From a virus, in the IMG/VR virus record IMGVR_UViG_3300037493_005727, positions 133,091 to 190,250 of that record: DNA of 57,160 nucleotides; one strand, 5' to 3'. Below the pieces are notes generated by a model. It was not told the DNA's origin. It saw nothing but the letters and a program-made list of their open reading frames with translations, and did not search any database. Below, in pieces: positions 51,230-57,160 of this stretch (position 1 is the stretch's first letter; the number at the start of each line of letters is the position of its first letter). The translations under genes were made by a program, and so were the position numbers.

Positions 51230-53017
51230 GTGGCTGTTCGGCTGCCCCTCGACGGTTCAGTTGTAGGGTACTGGGGCTTCGACGAGGCCCTAGAGACCGA
51301 TGCTGCCCGAGACGCGACGGCGAACGCCTTACACCTGACGGTCACTAGCGCAGCGTCTGCTACGCTTGGACGCGTTGGCGGCGCACGCGGGATGAATGGG
51401 TCTTCCTCATTCGCCTCGGTCGCGAACGCGGCGCTTCGGCTTACTGGCGACCTCGCCATCATCGGCTGGTTCAAACTGAATTCGGTCAACACTTCTGGAT
51501 CGTTTCTACGCTGCTTCGTGTCCTGCGCGGGCCCCACAAATGGGGACGGCGTGCTGTACGCCCTCTCGGTCAAGAGCAACGGCGCGATTGAGTACAGGCA
51601 CACGGCTTCCGCAGGAGAAGTGCTGGTCACTACAGCGACTGGAACGGTCAAGACCGCGCAGTTCTACTCGATAGCCGTACGGCGAGTAGCCAACGGGCCA
51701 AACCAAGATGTAGAGATCTATCTCGATAATCGCTTGGTGGCGAATAGCGCTGTTACGGTGAACGGGTCCCCCGTTTCAATGCCCGTTCCGCCGCCCGCGG
51801 CTAACGCCTCCGCCGTCTTCAGCGTGGGCCGTCTGCAGCGCGTCGCTGACTCGGCGTTTTGGGATGGGCTTGTTGACGAGATTTCCGTGCACAGCGTTGC
51901 GCGGGCCTACCAACCGTATTTGATCGCGGCGTATTACCAAGCCGCCCTACGCTCCGGGACTACCCAGCTTACTGCCACGGACAACGTCGTCGCGGTTTCC
52001 TCCTACGAGATGGGCTCTGGTGTTCGATGGTGGTGCGTAGAGCGAGATCGTGACTTGTACGTAGTGAAAGAGAGCCCCTTCGGTCAGTTCGGTTCTGAAA
52101 CTCGTTTGACTACTCCCGGTGGTGGCAACTCCTCCAACACTGGGCGTCCCGAGCTAGTCTACGACGCCGCGACCGATACCTTGTACGTGTTCTTCTTCGC
52201 AGGGAATCGGATCTACAAGCTAACCGCTAGCAGTACGGATGACCCTGCGACCATCAACATGCCGTTCACCGCAGATACAGGCGGCATCATCAAGTCGCTT
52301 GAAAACGTAGATGGAGGTCGCGTAGGAGAGGGTTCTGGGCAGAGAGATCCTCGCCCCGATGACGACCTCGTCTACGTCAACCGGCAACCCGTAAAGATCG
52401 GTTTTACGGACCCAGCTCTGAACTACGTCGGTGAAGGATCTGGTGACGTTCTTACGTTCACGCGGGGTTCGCCGAGTGCCCCGTCAATCGCCTTTGTTGA
52501 GCGCCCTTCGCCCGATGGGTTTGGTGTGTTTGTCGGTCCGAAGAACTCCCAAGAGACCGGCTACATTGTCTATCGCCTCGACGGGGGCATAGCCACTGTG
52601 CTTGGGACTCCGACGCTCCCATACCCCGGAGCGACCGCCTACTTCATGCCTGTCGCCCCCCGAGTACTGGGACGGGGGTACTTCGCTCGCGCCCTAGACG
52701 CGTCTGGTCGCCAGACTGACGTGGTCACTACTACCATCTACGACAACTTCAACTCGGGAGTCCTGGTTCCCGGTGGAGCACGGTGGGATTTTGGACGAGA
52801 CGGCGACCTTTCGGACTACGGGCTAGTTGGTGAGGGGTCAGCGCAGCGCCATCCCAGGGACGACGATTTTGTGTACGTCAACAGAGCGCCAGTGAAGTTT
52901 TCTACGCAGGACCCTGATACAAACTTGCTGGGTGAAGGCGCGGGCGGCCCCGGCGGTAGGGGTAACGCAGATGGCGCTGGTTCGTGGACCCAGAGCGGCA
53001 CGACGAGGATCATATGA
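51230..53017 (+). CDS. tail-fibre-like protein with an internal duplication (595 aa, GTG start)
   Basis: Repeated segment GEGSGQRDPRPDDDLVYVNRQPVK...DP matches GEGSAQRHPRDDDFVYVNRAPVK...DP. The composition is beta-rich. Confidence 0.55.
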   Translation: MAVRLPLDGSVVGYWGFDEALETDAARDATANALHLTVTSAASATLGRVGGARGMNGSSSFASVANAALRLTGDLAIIGWFKLNSVNTSGSFLRCFVSCAGPTNGDGVLYALSVKSNGAIEYRHTASAGEVLVTTATGTVKTAQFYSIAVRRVANGPNQDVEIYLDNRLVANSAVTVNGSPVSMPVPPPAANASAVFSVGRLQRVADSAFWDGLVDEISVHSVARAYQPYLIAAYYQAALRSGTTQLTATDNVVAVSSYEMGSGVRWWCVERDRDLYVVKESPFGQFGSETRLTTPGGGNSSNTGRPELVYDAATDTLYVFFFAGNRIYKLTASSTDDPATINMPFTADTGGIIKSLENVDGGRVGEGSGQRDPRPDDDLVYVNRQPVKIGFTDPALNYVGEGSGDVLTFTRGSPSAPSIAFVERPSPDGFGVFVGPKNSQETGYIVYRLDGGIATVLGTPTLPYPGATAYFMPVAPRVLGRGYFARALDASGRQTDVVTTTIYDNFNSGVLVPGGARWDFGRDGDLSDYGLVGEGSAQRHPRDDDFVYVNRAPVKFSTQDPDTNLLGEGAGGPGGRGNADGAGSWTQSGTTRII

Positions 53018-53592
53018 GCGACTACCGAGTAACTACCGTCAGTCCAGAAGAAGGCGAGGCCGTTCTTGCGCGCCTTCGCGGAGCTACCACTGAGAACAAG
53101 AACGCGCGGCGTTCCGTTGTCCTCCCAGGGGGGTTCGAACTTAAAGGTTCGTTCGAGCTAGTTTGCCGAGAAGAGAAAACCGGTGAAGTAGCTTGGGCCC
53201 ACAGCGACAACAACCTCATTACGGACTACGGTCGCCGCATCTGGATGGATTATAAGTTCTCAGGCATGACGCTCGGGTTTTGTGCGTCTACCGAGACCCC
53301 AACCGCTGCCCGTTCCTCGCTCAGCGGAGATTCTACGCAGATCTTCTTTAGCGCCACCTTGACGCCTTCAAACAACTCCGTCACCAATACGAAGACGCTC
53401 TCCACGACGTTCACTACGCCGCCGAACAATAGAACGCTCGGGTCAATACTTTTGATGGACTATTACGCGAGCGCTCCTAACGGGATCGCTCGTGGGATTT
53501 GCGCCTACGCCCTGCTGACCCCGCCCAAGACCCAAACCACGACCCAGACGCTTGAAGTCGTCTACAAGATCAGCATGAGCCCGATTTACTGA
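53014..53592 (+). CDS. hypothetical tail-associated protein (192 aa)
   Basis: ATGA overlap with the upstream stop. Track ORF 52984..53592 was trimmed. Confidence 0.5.
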   Translation: MSDYRVTTVSPEEGEAVLARLRGATTENKNARRSVVLPGGFELKGSFELVCREEKTGEVAWAHSDNNLITDYGRRIWMDYKFSGMTLGFCASTETPTAARSSLSGDSTQIFFSATLTPSNNSVTNTKTLSTTFTTPPNNRTLGSILLMDYYASAPNGIARGICAYALLTPPKTQTTTQTLEVVYKISMSPIY

Positions 53593-53604
53593 GGGGTACC
53601 GAAA

Positions 53605-56600
53605 ATGTCCGTGAAAGATATCACCGGCCTTCTGACCATTCTCCCGGAGAAGGATCAGCCTAATCAGGCCATCAAGGAAGACCTACAGGCCGGGAACATC
53701 GCTTTCCGTAGCCGCACGCTGGCGCGTACCCTCTTGTTCTGGAACAATAACAACTCAGGCTCGGATCACGGTCTCGCGCTGTATCCGTTTAAGCAGGGCG
53801 GACTGTTGGATGACCTCGACATCACGGTGGGGCACGCCGTGTACGACAAGGCCACCATCACACCGTACCCTACCGGGGGTAACGGCACCGCTCCTACTGC
53901 CATGTCCACGTACGACTACGCCAAATTCCGTGCGACGGGATCTGTTCCAAATATCAATTCCGCGCAGATTCCTCGGGTACACGCCGGAGTCGCCGCGTAC
54001 GATCCAACTACAAGCAACGCACTGAGCTTCTGGGGAGGCGATGCCATCGTTTCTGCGTCAGATCTTCCGGCTGACTATACGCAAGTCGGCATCGTGTACG
54101 CCCACCCGACGTACCTTGCTTCGTCCAGCGGCCTGGCCGCTGGCAATACACAGCTGGTGATTCAAGTCGGCGTACCCTTCGTCTCCTTCACGGGCGCTGG
54201 GTGGTGGGATCAGGAATACGTAACTCCAGGGCGATTTCAGGTACTCCGTATCGGCGTCGGTGCGAATGCGGGGTCCTACTACGTCCAGCACGTCGACTAC
54301 ACGAACAACAGGCTGTACCTCCGCAACTTGGACGGAACGCCATTCGTCGGGCAGTCCGCTGCTACTATCGCTGGAACTGATTTGTACCTCGGCCCGGGGC
54401 GCACCGCGTACTTCAATGAAGTGAGCATCATCCCTCTCTCGACGGGAGTCCTGCTAACGAGTGGACGCTACACCCCAGGGTTTTACCCTGGAACAACACA
54501 GCCCCTGCGGTCTAGCTTCATCGCGCGCATCAAGTTCGAAAAAACCGGCTCGACGGAAGTCGCAGCGGCGGCTGAGCAGCAGGGGTCCTACACCATCGGG
54601 ATGCGCCCGTGGACCCACGGCGCATACGACTACGATACCGGTTACGACTTCTCGTGCTACCAGGCCACCGCTAACGAAGGAGCAACGGGCCACTACCCGG
54701 GGCACACCTTCCCGTACAACGCGACGACGGCTGCGGCTGCGAACGCTATGATCCTCGACGAGGCCAACCAGCGCTGCTGGATCGGCGTCACAAACAACGC
54801 CAACGTTTCGACCATCAATCACTGGCGGTGGCGTACGCTCGAAAGCCCCCGCGAAGTAGCCAGCGGCGTTAGCGTGGCGGGTCACGCGTCCTTCCTCACA
54901 CCAGCTCTGGTGCTTGGAAGCGGAGATCGTATTCGCGGCGGAGCACTCGGTTCAAATCAGTGGGTTTACTTCGCGGTATCGCACCCAACGCTTGGCAACG
55001 GCGGACTCATCGTCATCAAGCCAAACTTGACGACGCTCCAGTACACTGAGACCACAGGGATCCCTGACTCCAACGTCGCTGGTGTGGTAGCCGACAAGTC
55101 GCGTACCCGCGTCGGCACGGCCGCAGATGCTTCGACTAACGGCGCTGACCAAATCACCTCCGCGTCGGGCGCATTCACCAGCGCGGATATTGGTCGCGCC
55201 ATCAAGCTCACGGGGCTCGGAGCCGACAACGGAACCTACAAGATCGCCACTATTGTTGGCGGCACGCAGGTCACTGTTACGACGATGGCTGGTGCCGCCG
55301 TCACATTCACCACGCAGACTGGCGGAACTTTCGAGATTAGCGACCGCCTGTACCTCTTCTTCCACGACGCAGTCGCTGGTGCAGGGAAGATCAACTACAT
55401 GGAGGCGCTGGTTCCCGGTACCTTCCTGACGCGCACGGTGTCAATGACGAACGGCGCGACTTGCACCATCCAGAACAACAATGGAGAGAGCCAGAAGATC
55501 TCCATCGACCCTGCCAATGGGAATGTTTACTGGCTGTCTAGCGACACGCAACAGCAGATCAACAAGTACGACGTCGCCGCCAACGCGCACTCTTTCATTC
55601 CAATCACGAACTCCTCGCTGCTCGCGCCCGCTGGCGGCGTGCAGAACAACGTGGCGAGTCCCGCGAACAACCCTGGCACGCCGACCGCCTTCACGGCCAT
55701 CCAGGTGAACTCGAAGTTCGACGAAATCTGGGTCGGGTCGGACGCTGGCGAATTCAAGATCGTCAAGAGCACCTTCTCGACGTCTACCATCAAACGGTAC
55801 TACGGCGATGAGGACACGACAGTAGCCGCAGGGAACTGCAACTACTTCACTGGGACTCCTCTGACGACGGGAACCGGAAACGGTACGACTGGCCTCACGG
55901 CTTCCGCCGGAAACGTCACCCTGAATGCAACCGGTACTCCATTTGTTGCGAGCGACGTAGGCAAGTACGTCATGATCACCGGAGCGTCTACCGCCGCGAA
56001 CAACGGCGTGTTCGTTCCTGCGACCGCCATCCCGTTCAAGATCATCACATTCAACAGCTCATCATCTATTGTGTATGCCAACGCCTCAGGCGTGACGCAG
56101 GCCAACTACGCGGGCACCTTCTACATCGTGTCGTCTTACGCGCCGCGTTCTTCGGGTACTTTTTCTGGTTCAGCCAACAGCAACTACGTTCGTAACTTCT
56201 TGGAGCATCCAGACGGAAGAATTTCCGCGCAGCTGTGGCCTAATACCGTCATAGCTCATGACTATGCGAGCTACTCCCGCGAAGCTGACACCTTTGTGTA
56301 CCGTATCTTTCAGCACGCTACCCAGTCATCAACCGCAACCGGCCGCCTCCGTGTGATCGATTCTATCGGGTGGTTCCTAGATCATTGTTACGGGGCTTCG
56401 AACGCGGGGTCCCGGATGATGCTCGGTGCGTACGAAGTTAACTACCAGTGGACAGGCTCCGCGTGGACTCCCAGGGAGCTGGCGCTCGCTGGCACTCCGA
56501 ACAAGTCCTTCGCCGACACCACCAACCCGCTCGCAGCGGCGAAGCCCATCCACTCCGCAGCCGAAGCTTTGATGTACGGCGTGAAGATTCAGTTCAATCG

Positions 56601-57160
56601 CCAAGGCGGTGCGACGCCAGCCAACAACGAATTCCTTGGTCGAATGGGGCAAACGAGGACCTCCACTTCTGATGGGGCTACTACGCTTGGCGCTGCGACC
56701 TTTGACGGTTCAGGGTTCATCGCCGGGGACGCAGGGCGACTGATTCGTATCGAAGGCGGGTCCGACGCAGGGGTTTACACGATCAACACCTTCGTCAACG
56801 CCGGGCAGATCACCCTCACAACGATGTCTGGGGCTACGTTCTCCGCCGTCGCTACGGCTGGAACGCTGACGTACTCCGTTTGGGACGCGGGTTCCGTAGG
56901 ATCCAACGCAGGCCCAGAAGACATTACGTTCATCCTCGCGGACGGTGTCAGCAAGGACAACACGCAAGATATCACGGGCTTCACGTACGAGGCGTACCAC
57001 TTCAAGACACGTCTGCACGAGAATGATGAGGGTCGGAAGTGCGTCGTGGAGAATCCGCTAGCCGCCCCTGGGCAGCTTGAGACGAAGATCTACACCGAGT
57101 ACTACCCTCGGCAGGCTGTTCAGTATGACGCTGCCTTGGCGCACCATCGAAGCCTTCCGG
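53605..57160 (+). CDS. very large tail-fibre/structural protein, 3'-truncated by the window edge (over 1,185 codons, no stop)
   Basis: Manual translation from the ATG at 53605 (GAGGGG RBS) finds no stop before the window end. It is absent from the ORF track because it is unterminated. Composition is Thr/Gly/Ala/Asn/Val-rich. Confidence 0.6.
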   Translation, partial: MSVKDITGLLTILPEKDQPNQAIKEDLQAGNIAFRSRTLARTLLFWNNNNSGSDHGLALYPFKQGGLLDDLDITVGHAVYDKATITPYPTGGNGTAPTAMSTYDYAKFRATGSVPNINSAQIPRVHAGVAAYDPTTSNALSFWGGDAIVSASDLPADYTQVGIVYAHPTYLASSSGLAAGNTQLVIQVGVPFVSFTGAGWWDQEYVTPGRFQVLRIGVGANAGSYYVQHVDYTNNRLYLRNLDGTPFVGQSAATIAGTDLYLGPGRTAYFNEVSIIPLSTGVLLTSGRYTPGFYPGTTQPLRSSFIARIKFEKTGSTEVAAAAEQQGSYTIGMRPWTHGAYDYDTGYDFSCYQATANEGATGHYPGHTFPYNATTAAAANAMILDEANQRCWIGVTNNANVSTINHWRWRTLESPREVASGVSVAGHASFLTPALVLGSGDRIRGGALGSNQWVYFAVSHPTLGNGGLIVIKPNLTTLQYTETTGIPDSNVAGVVADKSRTRVGTAADASTNGADQITSASGAFTSADIGRAIKLTGLGADNGTYKIATIVGGTQVTVTTMAGAAVTFTTQTGGTFEISDRLYLFFHDAVAGAGKINYMEALVPGTFLTRTVSMTNGATCTIQNNNGESQKISIDPANGNVYWLSSDTQQQINKYDVAANAHSFIPITNSSLLAPAGGVQNNVASPANNPGTPTAFTAIQVNSKFDEIWVGSDAGEFKIVKSTFSTSTIKRYYGDEDTTVAAGNCNYFTGTPLTTGTGNGTTGLTASAGNVTLNATGTPFVASDVGKYVMITGASTAANNGVFVPATAIPFKIITFNSSSSIVYANASGVTQANYAGTFYIVSSYAPRSSGTFSGSANSNYVRNFLEHPDGRISAQLWPNTVIAHDYASYSREADTFVYRIFQHATQSSTATGRLRVIDSIGWFLDHCYGASNAGSRMMLGAYEVNYQWTGSAWTPRELALAGTPNKSFADTTNPLAAAKPIHSAAEALMYGVKIQFNRQGGATPANNEFLGRMGQTRTSTSDGATTLGAATFDGSGFIAGDAGRLIRIEGGSDAGVYTINTFVNAGQITLTTMSGATFSAVATAGTLTYSVWDAGSVGSNAGPEDITFILADGVSKDNTQDITGFTYEAYHFKTRLHENDEGRKCVVENPLAAPGQLETKIYTEYYPRQAVQYDAALAHHRSLP

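Overview
This 57.2-kb window is GC-rich (about 60%) and is essentially all tailed-phage-like DNA, either a phage genome or an intact prophage segment. Gene content falls into three blocks. Positions 1-29,350 form a rightward virion/morphogenesis module with a strong ribosome-binding site (RBS) on nearly every gene. It holds a 665-aa portal/prohead-like protein, a scaffold-like Ala/Lys/Glu-rich protein, a 302-aa probable major capsid protein followed by a strong terminator, 518-aa and 931-aa structural proteins, and a cassette of fibre-like paralogues with shuffled N- and C-terminal domains. It also contains a reverse-oriented, lower-GC three-gene moron at 24.3-25.5 kb. Positions 29,290-49,642 form a leftward block of roughly 45 small accessory or early genes. 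These include a histone H1-like protein, a calcineurin-like metallophosphoesterase, a J-domain protein, a stand-alone receiver (REC) domain, a polynucleotide-kinase-like P-loop kinase, a 2H phosphoesterase, a protein-kinase-like ORF, and at least six paralogues sharing a CxxC...H...GxCLF zinc-binding motif. The block is punctuated by a repeated intergenic promoter-like element about 35 bp long (nine copies) paired with GC-hairpin terminators. Embedded in it at 35.5-37.2 kb is a tRNA/translation island. A sigma70-like promoter drives a PTH2-family peptidyl-tRNA hydrolase and two tRNA-like genes with apparently expanded anticodon loops; these face a P-loop kinase gene and a leftward tRNA-Gln/Leu/Thr cluster. 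A 500-bp non-coding region at 34.3-34.8 kb carries three hairpins with covarying stems and an identical ACTAC loop at 183-bp spacing, plus a GATC-rich perfect palindrome. Positions 49,703-57,160 form a rightward block with two small zinc-finger proteins, an M15 (VanY/LAS) peptidase endolysin, and large tail-fibre-like proteins; the last ORF (over 1,185 codons) runs off the window. No terminase, DNA polymerase, integrase, CRISPR array or reverse transcriptase was recognised. All functional calls rest on motif-level pattern recognition from translated sequence and should be checked by homology or structure search.
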